Assembly (NCBI GenBank): GCA_963664395.2
Contig: OY761159.2
Location: 4,192,001-4,256,000 of the forward strand
Reading direction: 5' to 3'
DNA from: Candidatus Binatia bacterium
GTDB lineage: Bacteria; Desulfobacterota; Binatia; Bin18
DNA length: 64,000 bases
Part shown: positions 11,085 through 21,224 of the stretch, piece after piece
How the letters are laid out: the number at the start of each line of letters is the position of its first letter
Numbering within the stretch: position 1 is the first letter of the stretch
The notes under the pieces: generated by a model
Told to the model about the DNA's origin: nothing
What the model saw: the letters and a program-made list of their open reading frames with translations, nothing else
Database searches by the model: none
Position numbers and translations under genes: made by a program

Positions 11085-12590
11085 CTAACGGACACCTTCG
11101 CGCCAGCTCGCGGCGCGCCACGCGGAGACGTTTCCAGCGCTTCCCTTCGTGACGGCGACCGATTTGGCCAGTTCCTTATCCTTGTGATAGGCGGCGAGGG
11201 CCGCGGCCGCCAGGATGATCTCGTGCCGGAGGTGGTCTTCTTCTTCAGGCAGACCTCTGTATTCCTGAGGAATAAAGCCAGTGTCCAAGTCGCCCGCCAC
11301 AAAGCGTGGATGGGTCAGGGCCCAGCGGTGAAAAGGAATATTGGTGATAATCCCTTCAACGGTGTATTCTTGGAGCGCCCGCAGCATGCGTTGGATGGCT
11401 TCGTCCCGGGTGCGACCATAGGTACACAGCTTGGAGATCATTGGGTCGTAATGGACCGGGACCTCCCAGCCTTCATACACGCCGCTGTCATCGCGGATGC
11501 CATAGCCGCCAGGGGTGCGTAAGATTTGTATTTTTCCTGGGGACGGAAGGAAGTCCCGAGCCGGGTCCTCGGCATAAATCCGACATTCAATCGCCCAGCC
11601 GCGCTGTTGTACCTCTTGTTGCTGTATGGCCAGTGGCTCTCCGGCGGCAATCTCGATTTGGGCTTTGACCAAATCCACTCCAGTGACGAGTTCAGTAATG
11701 GGATGCTCGACTTGGATGCGGGTGTTCATCTCCAGAAAATAGAAATTTTGCTGGGCATCAACCAGAAACTCTACGGTTCCGGCCCCAACATAATGCACGG
11801 CCTTGGCTGCCTCAACCGCAACTTTGCCCATTTGCTCGCGTACGTCTTGATTAATTGCAGTCGAAGGTGACTCTTCAATCACCTTTTGGTGCCGACGTTG
11901 CAGTGAACATTCGCGTTCGTACAAATGGATAATATTGCCGTGCGTATCGCCCAACACCTGGACTTCAACGTGGCGTGGCTTTTCGACAAATTTCTCTATA
12001 TACATGCGGTCATCGCCAAACGATGATTGCGCTTCAGAGCGCACCCCACGCAGGGCGGACAGCACGTCTTCTTTTTTCTCAACCAGCCGCATACCTTTGC
12101 CGCCGCCGCCGGCCGAGGCCTTGAACATGACGGGAAACCCTATTTTTTCCGCGGCGGCAACAACTTCGTCTGCATCGCCTAGCACATCGGTACCGGGCAC
12201 AACTGGGACTTGCGCTTTCTGCATAATGGCCCGCGCGGTTACCTTATCGCCCATCTTTTCAATAGCTTCAGGTTGCGGACCAATAAAAGTAATGCCAGCC
12301 TCAGCACATGCTTTGGAAAACGGAGCGCGTTCAGACAGAAAGCCGTAACCTGGATGAATAGCGTCCGCACCGCTTTTTCTGGCCGCGTCGAGGATTTTTT
12401 CAACAACAAGATAGCTCTCTGAAGACGGGGCTGGGCCAATCGGATAGGCATGGTCTGCGTATTGGACGTGCAAGGCTGAGCGGTCCACGTCCGAGTAGAC
12501 GGCAACGGTTTCAATGCCGAGTTCACGGCAGGCGCGGATGACTCGAACGGCGATTTCTCCCCGATTTGCGATCAGTACACGTTTGAACAT
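11085..12590 (-). CDS. accC: Biotin carboxylase subunit (AccC/PccA-type)
   Basis: ANRGEIAVRV, HPGYGFLSE, GGGGKGMR, ERECSLQRRHQK, EMNTRIQVEH. Confidence 0.93.
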   Translation of the reverse strand: MFKRVLIANRGEIAVRVIRACRELGIETVAVYSDVDRSALHVQYADHAYPIGPAPSSESYLVVEKILDAARKSGADAIHPGYGFLSERAPFSKACAEAGITFIGPQPEAIEKMGDKVTARAIMQKAQVPVVPGTDVLGDADEVVAAAEKIGFPVMFKASAGGGGKGMRLVEKKEDVLSALRGVRSEAQSSFGDDRMYIEKFVEKPRHVEVQVLGDTHGNIIHLYERECSLQRRHQKVIEESPSTAINQDVREQMGKVAVEAAKAVHYVGAGTVEFLVDAQQNFYFLEMNTRIQVEHPITELVTGVDLVKAQIEIAAGEPLAIQQQEVQQRGWAIECRIYAEDPARDFLPSPGKIQILRTPGGYGIRDDSGVYEGWEVPVHYDPMISKLCTYGRTRDEAIQRMLRALQEYTVEGIITNIPFHRWALTHPRFVAGDLDTGFIPQEYRGLPEEEDHLRHEIILAAAALAAYHKDKELAKSVAVTKGSAGNVSAWRAASWREGVR

Positions 12591-12665
12591 AAGTCCTACC
12601 TTGGCGGGCTTAGGAGCTGGGGTGTCGTGATTGTTTGCGCATCCCTCATCCGTAGTCTGTCTCCC

Positions 12666-14216
12666 TTATAAGGGTATATTCCCATGCTTCTTGGGTGGAT
12701 TTTTCTCACGCTTGTTCTGCAGCATATTGAGCGATTGGACGAGGCGGGGACGGGTATCCGCCGGCATAATGATTTCATCAATATAGCCTAACTCGGCTGC
12801 TTTGAACGGATTGGCAAACGTCTCGCGGTATTCGTCAACTAATTTGGTCCGCTCGGCGTCTTGGTCGCTCGCGTCTTTGATTGCATTACGGAAAATGATG
12901 CTGACCGCACCGTCCGGACCCATGACCGCGATTTCGCCGGCCGGATAGGATAGATTAATATCACCTCGAGTGGCCTTACTCGACATGACGACATAGGCAC
13001 CGCCGTACGCTTTGCGCGTAATGACTGAAATCTTTGGCACGGTTGCTTCGCAGTAGGCGTATAGCAGCTTTGCGCCGTGACGAATAATGCCGCCGTATTC
13101 TTGGGACGTCCCCGGTAGAAAGCCCGGCACGTCGATAAAGCTCACAATGGGAATGTTAAAACAATCGCAAAAACGGACGAACCGCGCGCCTTTGACCGAG
13201 GCATCAATATCGAGCACTCCAGCCAGAAAGGCTGGCTGATTGGCGACGATGCCGACTGGCTTGCCACCGAGCCGGGCAAACCCAACGACGATGTTTCGAG
13301 CATAGTCTTTCTGGACTTCGAAGAAATGATGTTCGTCCGCTACCAACTGAATGATTTCTATGACATCGTACGGCCGGTTGGGGTTATCCGGAACAATATG
13401 GTTGAGTTTTTCATCTCGCCGATTCGGGTCATCTGTGGTCGGCTGAAACGGCGGATCTTCCATATTATTGCTGGGGAGATAGCTCAGCAGCTCGCGAATC
13501 GAGTGAAAGCATTCGTCTTCATCAGGGGAAGCAAAATGGGCGACCCCGCTGGTCGCATTATGCGTGACCGCCCCACCCAACTCCTGCATGGTCACTTCTT
13601 CATGCGTGACCGTCTTAATGACATCCGGCCCGGTGATGAACATATAGCTGGAATTCTCAACCATGAAGATAAAGTCTGTCATGGCAGGAGAATAGACAGC
13701 TCCTCCGGCACAGGGACCCATGATGGCGGATATTTGAGGCACGACGCCTGAGCTGAGGACGTTGCGGAGAAAGATTTCTCCATAGCCGGCCAGACTTTCT
13801 ACACCTTCCTGAATCCGAGCGCCGCCGGAGTCATTGATACCAATAACCGGGCAGCCCGTTTTTACGGCCAGGTCCATGACTTTACATACTTTTTCGGAAA
13901 ATGCGCTGGAGAGGCTGCCGCCAAAAACCGTGAAGTCCTGCGAAAAAACAAAAACCTGACGGCCATCGACTGTGCCATAGCCGGTTACGACACCATCACC
14001 TGGAATCTTGGTTTGATCCATTTCAAAGTCAGTGCAGCGATGGGTTTTAAGCCGGTCCAATTCAACAAAACTGCCTGGATCAAGAAATGCGTCGATCCGC
14101 TCCCGGGCTGTTTTTTTGCCGAGTTCGTGTTGACGTTCGATACGTTTTGCGCCGCCACCCTGGAGGGCTTGCTGGTTGAGGTTTTCAAGCCTGTCGATGG
14201 TTTCCTTTAGGCCCAT
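12666..14216 (-). CDS. pccB: Propionyl-CoA/acyl-CoA carboxylase carboxyltransferase (beta) subunit
   Basis: [37 protein letters not shown] and C-terminal KKHGNIPL. Confidence 0.92.
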   Translation of the reverse strand: MGLKETIDRLENLNQQALQGGGAKRIERQHELGKKTARERIDAFLDPGSFVELDRLKTHRCTDFEMDQTKIPGDGVVTGYGTVDGRQVFVFSQDFTVFGGSLSSAFSEKVCKVMDLAVKTGCPVIGINDSGGARIQEGVESLAGYGEIFLRNVLSSGVVPQISAIMGPCAGGAVYSPAMTDFIFMVENSSYMFITGPDVIKTVTHEEVTMQELGGAVTHNATSGVAHFASPDEDECFHSIRELLSYLPSNNMEDPPFQPTTDDPNRRDEKLNHIVPDNPNRPYDVIEIIQLVADEHHFFEVQKDYARNIVVGFARLGGKPVGIVANQPAFLAGVLDIDASVKGARFVRFCDCFNIPIVSFIDVPGFLPGTSQEYGGIIRHGAKLLYAYCEATVPKISVITRKAYGGAYVVMSSKATRGDINLSYPAGEIAVMGPDGAVSIIFRNAIKDASDQDAERTKLVDEYRETFANPFKAAELGYIDEIIMPADTRPRLVQSLNMLQNKREKNPPKKHGNIPL

Positions 14217-14418
14217 ACTCTTTCCTATTCTCCGATTTGTAAAGTCGCGCGACCCTGGTCTTGTATTATGCGAGACAAAAAAGATCAAGGAAGGGGTGGT
14301 CAGGTTCTGGTGTGTCCCAGGCCGCACTATATGGCCGAAAACGAGAACCAAGAGGGGGGCGATGCGGGGGGACTTGTCGCCGTGTCGTTATGGGCATCGC
14401 CAAAATTATCGCTCTGGA

Positions 14419-15657
14419 TTATCGCTGTTTGGCGCTTTCCTGCTCGATGAGTCTGAGCCATTGGCGAGCTTGCTTGGCCGAGGGTTTGTGAGCAGCAGCC
14501 TCACTGAAGGCTGCTTTGCTCTCGTCCAGTTTTCCGGACCGGTACTCGGCAATACCAAGCAGCATGAATGCCTTTCCCGTATTGGCCAGCCCGCCTTTTC
14601 TCAACCCTTCGGAGACAGTCGTGGCAACTTCCGGCCAACGTTCCAATTGGACGAGTATCTCGGCACGCTGGAGATCAACCCTGCCCGTCTGCGTACTTTG
14701 AGCGCTTTGCTCAAGGACATCCAACGCGCGCTGACTCTCTCTCGCGTGGAGCAAACAGGTAACGAGTAATGCGCGATTGGCATCCGCGTCTTGCACGATC
14801 TTTTTCTTCAATCCATCCGCCAACAGGTCCGCGGCTTTGTACGGCAAGCCGAGATGGAGGTAGTATTGCACTACCTGTAGGGCTTCCCGCTCATTCAGAA
14901 TGCCTAATTTGTAGGCCATCGCAAGGGTTGAAACGGCTCGTTTATGCTTTTCCTCCTGGCCGTAAATCTGTGAGAGTTGCTGCCAGTAGGTTTTTTTCTC
15001 TGGATACTGACCGAGCAATTGCTGGAGTGTGGAGGCAGCCTGGGAGAATTTCTTCTGCTCAATCTGAACGACAACCAACAGTTGGTACCATGACTCGTGG
15101 AATGTCGTCGTCTCGCCAATGGCCTTCCTGATATGTTGCTCAGCAGGGGCGTAACGTTTGAGATGCATATATGCCTGGGCAAGCGAAACATGAGCCTGGG
15201 GACTGGGGTTCTCCTCGTTGGCCAGCCATTTTTCCAGAATATGCGCTCCCTCTTCGTAACGCTCGGTGATAATCAGCATTTGGGCCAGATTGTATCGAAC
15301 GATCTGTGCGTTGTCTGGCTGCAAGGCTTCGCCGGCCAAGCTTTTCTGAAAGGCGGTCACCGCTTGATCGTATTGATCCAGGCCGGCATGAGCGTATCCC
15401 AGAGTTTGCTGTACAAGAGCGGCTTCATATGGACTCAACTCGGTGTTTGTTGCGAGTGCCCGTAATTGCGTCAAGGCTTTTTGAGGCCGTTCGCTTTGTA
15501 TCAACTCCTGCACTTCTACGAGCTGCTCGTAGACCCCTTGTGACAGACGCGGTTCTTCACCGACAGCGGTTCCGGGTAGGACCAAACAAAAATATACTAC
15601 TCCCATGCCGCAAATCGCGCGAAGCCAACCTGCGATGTGGCAAGCTTTCCCGATCAA
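14419..15657 (-). CDS. Exported tetratricopeptide-repeat protein (TtpD-like)
   Basis: Signal peptide, multiple TPR-like helices, ends ARQWLRLI; last gene of the TonB cluster. Confidence 0.85.
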   Translation of the reverse strand: MIGKACHIAGWLRAICGMGVVYFCLVLPGTAVGEEPRLSQGVYEQLVEVQELIQSERPQKALTQLRALATNTELSPYEAALVQQTLGYAHAGLDQYDQAVTAFQKSLAGEALQPDNAQIVRYNLAQMLIITERYEEGAHILEKWLANEENPSPQAHVSLAQAYMHLKRYAPAEQHIRKAIGETTTFHESWYQLLVVVQIEQKKFSQAASTLQQLLGQYPEKKTYWQQLSQIYGQEEKHKRAVSTLAMAYKLGILNEREALQVVQYYLHLGLPYKAADLLADGLKKKIVQDADANRALLVTCLLHARESQRALDVLEQSAQSTQTGRVDLQRAEILVQLERWPEVATTVSEGLRKGGLANTGKAFMLLGIAEYRSGKLDESKAAFSEAAAHKPSAKQARQWLRLIEQESAKQR

Positions 15658-15659
15658 AA

Positions 15660-16295
15660 TCAGCCTCCTCCCAAAGCAAACTCAATCCGCTGTGACGCCC
15701 GCGACTCAACCTCCCGGCCATTTTCTACGCGCGGTTTGAATTTCCACTGGACAATGGCTTGCAGCGCGGCCCTATCGAAAACTTTGGGAGGGTCGGATTT
15801 GATAATCACGGGCTCGGTCACGCTGCCACCCGTAGTAATGGTGAACTCAACCGTGACGGAGCCTTCAATCTGAAGACGCGCGGCACGTCCTGGATAGCGG
15901 GGCGGTACCCGGACCAGGGGCATCAACTCATGACCTGACAGGACCGTTTGTTGGCTGATAGGTGCAGACAGGGGGGTCATATCAAGCAAAGGACCCGAAG
16001 AAATGGCCGCCGTTATATGAATATCCGGTGCCGGGAGTTGGGGCTGGTTTGTCGCCTGTAATGCGAAACTCGGGGTCGGCGGGGCTTCGGGCAGGGGTGG
16101 CTCCTTGGGTGGTTCTCGATCATCTCTCGGGGGGGGCTGGAACTCGGGTGGGAGACGGACGAAATCAACAATCGGGTAGGTATCCGGGCGCAGGCGCGGG
16201 CGCTGGGAACGTGCAATCATCGCTTGCATAGCCAGAAACAGCAGGCCGACAATGAGCAGGCCGACCACACCTGACACGACGTTTCGCCCGAACAT
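15660..16295 (-). CDS. tonB: Energy transducer TonB
   Basis: N-terminal TM anchor, Pro-rich linker, C-terminal domain PPRYPGRA...EGSVTVEFTI...WKFKP. Confidence 0.93.
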   Translation of the reverse strand: MFGRNVVSGVVGLLIVGLLFLAMQAMIARSQRPRLRPDTYPIVDFVRLPPEFQPPPRDDREPPKEPPLPEAPPTPSFALQATNQPQLPAPDIHITAAISSGPLLDMTPLSAPISQQTVLSGHELMPLVRVPPRYPGRAARLQIEGSVTVEFTITTGGSVTEPVIIKSDPPKVFDRAALQAIVQWKFKPRVENGREVESRASQRIEFALGGG

Positions 16296-16297
16296 CC

Positions 16298-16702
16298 TCA
16301 GCCCTCCTGTCGGGCGGCAACCGCGATATCAGTCACACCGGCCAAGCGGACTTGATCCATGACCTGCACCAGCAGTCCGGTATGTGCTGTGGCATCGGCT
16401 AATACCACGACGCTGGCCTCAGGGCTTTCGGCTAGCATACGCTCCACGTTTGCCCGGACGGCTCGAATATCGATTGAGCGGCGCTCCATCCATACCTCGC
16501 CTGCTTCTGAGAGAGCAATGCGAATCGTACCACGCCCTTGCGTCTGCGCAGTCTGAGCGACGGGCCGGTTGACCTCAATCCCGGCTTCCTTCACGAACGA
16601 GGACGCCACAAGAAAGAAGATAAGGAGGATGAACACCATATCTATCATCGGAGTCAGATTGATCTGGGGGTCAGTGTCATGTCTGTCCCGGCGACGTCTC
16701 AT
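16298..16702 (-). CDS. exbD: Biopolymer transport protein ExbD
   Basis: INLTPMIDMVFILLIFFLV signature. Confidence 0.94.
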   Translation of the reverse strand: MRRRRDRHDTDPQINLTPMIDMVFILLIFFLVASSFVKEAGIEVNRPVAQTAQTQGRGTIRIALSEAGEVWMERRSIDIRAVRANVERMLAESPEASVVVLADATAHTGLLVQVMDQVRLAGVTDIAVAARQEG

Positions 16703-16728
16703 TGCAGTACCATCCTTACCGTATCGTC

Positions 16729-17247
16729 TTACTCTATATGTAAGCGACTTGTTATCTTCCGAACAGATTTTAGCGCTCTCCGGTCTAAGCTGGAACTGAA
16801 ATAGAGTCCGGGAACGGCACAGACCAACCCGGCCATGGTCGTTACCAGCGCTTCGGAAATTCCGCTGGCCAAACCGTTGGCATTGCCTGTTCCAAACAAT
16901 TGCATGACGGTAAAAGTGAAAATCATGCCATTCACTGTTCCCAGGAGTCCTAAGATGGGCAGCATGATGGTCAGGCTCCGAATCAGAGGAAGACCCCTGC
17001 GGAGCTGATAGTTCACCTCAACGATCTCCATCCTGCGAATCTGGAGAGCATACCACGACTGGTGGTCGATCCGTGCCTGCCAGCGAGAGACGACCTCATT
17101 TTCGAGAGATGGATAATGCGTCCAAAAGAATACAAAGCGTTCGATAATGAGTGCCCACAGAGCGATAGCAACCACAAAGATGGCCCATAGGGCCAGCCCG
17201 CCGGTCGCAAAAAATTGCTGAAGTAGATCAAAAAGATTATAGAGCAT
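16729..17247 (-). CDS. exbB: MotA/TolQ/ExbB proton channel protein
   Basis: PILGLLGTVNGMI and GISEALVTTMAGL. Confidence 0.9.
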   Translation of the reverse strand: MLYNLFDLLQQFFATGGLALWAIFVVAIALWALIIERFVFFWTHYPSLENEVVSRWQARIDHQSWYALQIRRMEIVEVNYQLRRGLPLIRSLTIMLPILGLLGTVNGMIFTFTVMQLFGTGNANGLASGISEALVTTMAGLVCAVPGLYFSSSLDRRALKSVRKITSRLHIE

Positions 17248-18607
17248 CAGGAATGGGCTTATCCGTCCGCCCTGCCAGCAGGGCAATCATCCCTGCACTC
17301 TGTTCTTCTAATGTATGCAGCAGGCGGCCACTCTTGCTGGATAACAGGGAATGCAGGAGGACAATCGGAATCGCGACGCTTAACCCAAGCTGGGTGGTCA
17401 CGAGTGCTTGTGAAATTCCATCCGACATGACACGTGGGTCGCCCGCACCAAACAGGGTGATGGACTGAAAGGTGTCAATCATGCCGACGACTGTACCGAG
17501 CAGGCCGAGCAGCGGAGCAACCGCGGCAAAAATTCCAAGCGTCCCCAGGCCGCGTTCAATACGTGGAATTTGTTCGAGGATCGCTTCTTCCAGGCGGGCT
17601 TCGAGGGTTTCGACACTTTGATCCTTGTCGTACTCATACACAAGCATGACGCGCCCCAAGGCGTTGTCGGTTTTGAGCTCATCCATTTTGCGTTGTGCAT
17701 CCATGCGCCGGCCTTCCCGCCACAGATACACCGCGCGCTCTACAATCAACCCTGCGGCGATCAGACCGAGGGCAAGGATAACAAAACCAATGACGCCGCC
17801 TTGCTCAATCCGTTCCCACGCGTTCGGACTTTGCACAAGAGCCGCCAGAATGGCCCCTCGGGACGGGTCAACCCCAAAAGTGCTATACGCTTCTGTCGCC
17901 TGCTCGAGTTCTTGTGCGGCGCTGATATAACGCCCTTCCGGCTGGCGTGCCAGCTCGGCAAGCTGGTGTGTCTCCGGCACATAGCGGAGATATTTGCCGC
18001 CAGAGACGCTGTTGAATGTCCCGACCCGGACAACTTCTCTGTCTGATTGGGTGCCATCTGCCTCGGTCACAGTCGTGGAAAATTTCACCACCTGTCCGGA
18101 CTGCGTCATTTCTTCCAACAGGACGATCCACAACCGCTCGAGCTCTTCCAGCGAGGCGAGTTCCGTGCTCTCGGCGATGGTGTTGAGAAAATCGGCTCGG
18201 TCGCCGGACTGAATGGAAACGAACGACCCCTCTAGCATCCCTGCCGTATCCCGTGAGATCTGTCGTACTACGCCGAACAGTTCCCCCAGTGAGGCCGCCC
18301 GCTCGCTGAGTTGACTACGGAGTTCTACCAGATTGTCTTCGTTGTTTCTGAAGGTCGCCTGTTTTTCTTGACTCTGTTGTTTGATACTGGCAAGCTCTTT
18401 CTCGGCCTGCTTCAGCAGGTTTTGTCGTTGGTCACGTTCTGCCATGAAACGAGCCTCGCGCTCGCGATGCAGTTTGGAGTCGGCCTGCCGCTCAACACGG
18501 ACTCGATCGAATAATTCCTGGAGAGATTTGGGGCCTTCTTGCGCGAAAACATCCGGTCGCGGGGACACGACCAGGAAGAGCAACACACTCCATTGAAGTA
18601 TTTTCAC
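17237..18607 (-). CDS. Long MotA/TolQ/ExbB-family protein (TtpC-like)
   Basis: Signal peptide, coiled-coil periplasmic region, DPSRG motif, C-terminal APLLGLLGTVVGMI...GISQALVTT. Confidence 0.88.
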   Translation of the reverse strand: MKILQWSVLLFLVVSPRPDVFAQEGPKSLQELFDRVRVERQADSKLHREREARFMAERDQRQNLLKQAEKELASIKQQSQEKQATFRNNEDNLVELRSQLSERAASLGELFGVVRQISRDTAGMLEGSFVSIQSGDRADFLNTIAESTELASLEELERLWIVLLEEMTQSGQVVKFSTTVTEADGTQSDREVVRVGTFNSVSGGKYLRYVPETHQLAELARQPEGRYISAAQELEQATEAYSTFGVDPSRGAILAALVQSPNAWERIEQGGVIGFVILALGLIAAGLIVERAVYLWREGRRMDAQRKMDELKTDNALGRVMLVYEYDKDQSVETLEARLEEAILEQIPRIERGLGTLGIFAAVAPLLGLLGTVVGMIDTFQSITLFGAGDPRVMSDGISQALVTTQLGLSVAIPIVLLHSLLSSKSGRLLHTLEEQSAGMIALLAGRTDKPIPDAL

Positions 18608-19380
18608 GGGGTCGCCTCACTCGGAGCTGGAACGGGGAGCATCAGTAGGTTGGGAACTGATTGTTTCGCCGCTATCTGTAACCCCCGCTTGATGGGGCGG
18701 CGATAGCTACTCGGCAGGGCTTCCCACTCCTGGGTGTTACGATTCCAGTGTCCTACCTCTTGACCATCCAGGCTTTGGTAGAGCAGGGCCAGCCGGCCGA
18801 CCCGCAAAAAGTCAACCGTGCGCTCCTGACCGTCAATGATCACTGGCCCGCGATAGGCCTCAAGCGTCCGGCCATAGTCCGTCTCAATCTGATACGCTTC
18901 CATGATGCTGCGATACTTCTCGGTAACCGTCAGGTCCGATTGATCGAAGGTGTTGCGGAGACGAGTCAGCCGCTCTTGGCGTTCTTTGGGTAAAAAGGGA
19001 ATATCCAGGGCGACAAACTGGACGAGATTGTCAAGCATGCGTACCAGCAAGGGCACGATGTCGCGCTGGGTCACTTCGATCTCTTGCAGTTGGGTTTCGA
19101 GCGATGCCGCTTCTTTCTGTTGGGAGTCCAGTAAACGGTCGAGCTGCTCAACATAGACTCGAAGACTTTCCGTCTGGCGGACGGTGCTCTGATAGGTACT
19201 GAGCATGCGCTGTGTTTCATCTGCAAGCGCATCGATGGTGTCTTGAGAGCGGATGGCCTCCGTCACCGTAGTGCTTTGCGTTTCTATCAGTTTTTCAAGC
19301 GGCTGGGCACTGACGCGCTCTGACCAGCCGATAAAACAGGTCCACATAAGCAGCCCTGCAAGGTATGTCTTATGTGTCAT
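18604..19380 (-). CDS. DUF3450-family coiled-coil protein (TtpB-like)
   Basis: Signal peptide; LDIPFLPKERQERL, EKYRSIMEAYQIE, VDFLRVGR motifs; AGGAG RBS before ATG 19380. Confidence 0.85.
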   Translation of the reverse strand: MTHKTYLAGLLMWTCFIGWSERVSAQPLEKLIETQSTTVTEAIRSQDTIDALADETQRMLSTYQSTVRQTESLRVYVEQLDRLLDSQQKEAASLETQLQEIEVTQRDIVPLLVRMLDNLVQFVALDIPFLPKERQERLTRLRNTFDQSDLTVTEKYRSIMEAYQIETDYGRTLEAYRGPVIIDGQERTVDFLRVGRLALLYQSLDGQEVGHWNRNTQEWEALPSSYRRPIKRGLQIAAKQSVPNLLMLPVPAPSEATP

Positions 19381-19504
19381 AATTCTCCTGCGTTTCCTGT
19401 AGTGAACCGCCTCGGCAGAGGCGGTATGTAGCCAGTAGTAAGGATTGCTAATACACTGGGGTGCATAAGTCAATCTCTGCGTGCAACAGCACTACAAAGC
19501 ATCC

Positions 19505-19876
19505 TTATTCGACAGTTTTGGCATAGAGTTGTGACGCATCGACGTAGATCAGATACTCGTGGATCAAATTGCCCCGCATTCTGAACACATTGGCAAATGG
19601 GACTCGGAGTTGGCTGGAATCGTGGCGAGTATAGGTGACGATGCCCTGGCACGCTGTCGCCCCTTCCTTCTCCCACGTATCCAAGACGTCGTGCTGAATG
19701 GCCTTAATGCTGGATAGAAATTCGGCCACCGTTTGACGCGCAGCCTCTCTCCCGACGGCTGGCTCTTGGTTGGCAAACTTAAAAGTAGCGTCAGGGGTGA
19801 GGAAGGTCGCAAAAGTATCTGGATCGTTGGTGTCAATTGATTGAAACAAACGCGTAATCCATCCCGCTGTTGCCAT
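19505..19876 (-). CDS. SnoaL-like / NTF2-family protein
   Basis: 123 aa; LTPDATFKFAN...VGREA...IHEYLIYVD pattern. Confidence 0.85.
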   Translation of the reverse strand: MATAGWITRLFQSIDTNDPDTFATFLTPDATFKFANQEPAVGREAARQTVAEFLSSIKAIQHDVLDTWEKEGATACQGIVTYTRHDSSQLRVPFANVFRMRGNLIHEYLIYVDASQLYAKTVE

Positions 19877-19919
19877 TGTGCTTCCTCCTTAATGTCCTTT
19901 CGGCGGAGATATCGGCTGT

Positions 19920-20636
19920 TTATGGTGAATCCACGGGTGAATCCACGGGTGAATCTACTCGGTGAACCCACTCCGCGCCGTGGCTGTCGCCTTTTTTCAT
20001 CAGCGTTGACCACAGGTTTTGCGGATCAGCGCCAAAAAGCGTTGAGGGAGTACCAGGCATGACGCGCCAATCGCCCCGTGCGACTTCGTAGTCAAGTTGA
20101 CTGGGCGACCAGCCGGCATAGCCTGCGTACACGCGAAACTGCGCCGTCGCTGCCGCGGCCAGCATGGCCAAATTATCGAGACTGGAAGTAACCGAGATCT
20201 CTTCCGTGATGGGCAGCACTTCTTCAAGTGGAAATGTATCTGAGCGAATAAGTAAGAGCATCCGGGTCCGTCCTACCGGACCTCCGGCATAGATGAAATC
20301 CTCCGCATGCGGTCGGTCTTCCAAATGTGGCATTGCACGCGCCAACTGAACGTCCGTTGGGCGATTGACAACTACGCCGAGAGCGCCCCGTTGGCTGTAG
20401 GCAACGAGGTAGATGACGGTCTGTGAAAAATTGGGGTCGTTCAGATGATTTGCCGCTACGAGGAATTTGCCTTTTTCCAGCCTTTCCTGCCTTTCAGGCG
20501 TCTGCGTTGCCAGTGGTCGGGGCAGTAATCCGGGACGAATGGATACGTGCCGAACGGATACATGCTCAGAGGAGGGTGTCACTCCTAGTGTGAGCAAGAC
20601 CACAAGGCACAGAAAGGTGGGCGATGAACCTGTCAC
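19920..20636 (-). CDS. YqgE/AlgH (DUF179) family protein with N-terminal hydrophobic extension
   Basis: FLVA...DPNFSQTVI, GVVVNRP, GGPV, YAGYAGWSPSQLDYE motifs. Confidence 0.9.
   Translation of the reverse strand: MTGSSPTFLCLVVLLTLGVTPSSEHVSVRHVSIRPGLLPRPLATQTPERQERLEKGKFLVAANHLNDPNFSQTVIYLVAYSQRGALGVVVNRPTDVQLARAMPHLEDRPHAEDFIYAGGPVGRTRMLLLIRSDTFPLEEVLPITEEISVTSSLDNLAMLAAAATAQFRVYAGYAGWSPSQLDYEVARGDWRVMPGTPSTLFGADPQNLWSTLMKKGDSHGAEWVHRVDSPVDSPVDSP
19924..19957. repeat. 12-bp tandem repeat x3 (GGTGAATCCACG) encoding C-terminal VDSP-VDSP-VDSP
   Basis: Read directly: ggtgaatccacg ggtgaatccacg ggtgaatcta. Confidence 0.9.
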
Positions 20637-20712
20637 AATGCGGAAACTCTACCATCTTTTAACTGAGCATCCAAACTATTCCCCACGTCTCCGGAGAGTA
20701 GGGCTTGCGGTG

Positions 20713-21222
20713 TTACCTGAGCTTTGAAGCAACCTGCAAGAACTCAACCCGATCTCCTGCCACGATTCCCCGCTGGCGACAAAATCCGGCATTCACTTCG
20801 AGCACATATTTGGCAGGGTGCTTGGAGGGGATTTGGGCGGTGGAGTAGGGCATTGTGTTTTCGGCGATATGGACGATGCTGAAGTCTGTGTTGATATAGA
20901 TGATGTCAAGCGGGAGTGGGGTGTTTTTCATCCAGAAACTGAGCGGGTTTTCCTGCGGGAAAATAAAGAGCATACCGCTGAACTCCGGCAGGTGGTTGCG
21001 ATACATGAGGCCGAGCTGACGTTTTTCCTGCGTGTCTGCAATCTCGACCAAGATGTGGATGGGATCGCCGCTTTGGGGGTGGATGACGACCTGGGGAGAA
21101 GAGGAGGAAGGGGAAGGGCAGGCGAGAAGAAGAATGGAGACGAGAAGGAGTAGGGCATTCCCCCTCGTCCTATCCCTCTTCGAGAGAGAACGTATATACA
21201 ATCTTACCCAGAGCAGAGCCAA
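20713..21222 (-). CDS. DUF192-family lipoprotein (start uncertain)
   Basis: LLLAC lipobox; VEIADT, GLMYR, GMLFIF, FWMKNTPLPLDIIY, VLEVNAG. Confidence 0.9.
   Translation of the reverse strand: MALLWVRLYIRSLSKRDRTRGNALLLLVSILLLACPSPSSSSPQVVIHPQSGDPIHILVEIADTQEKRQLGLMYRNHLPEFSGMLFIFPQENPLSFWMKNTPLPLDIIYINTDFSIVHIAENTMPYSTAQIPSKHPAKYVLEVNAGFCRQRGIVAGDRVEFLQVASKLR
21174..21210. repeat. Left copy of imperfect inverted repeat flanking the MmeI-like gene
   Basis: Reverse complement tgggtaagattgtatatacgttctctctcgaagaggg aligns to 24192-24225; core matches 17/18. Confidence 0.75.
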
Positions 21223-21224
21223 TT

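Noticed and set aside
19924-19957. Short repeats as a CRISPR array
   Set aside because: The units are 12 bp, contiguous, lack spacers and lie inside a coding region; there are no cas genes.
21185-21212. dif/XerCD-like site (TGTATA core) in the RM-flanking repeats
   Set aside because: The arms do not match XerC (GGTGCGCATAA) or XerD (TTATGTTAAAT) consensus well enough.
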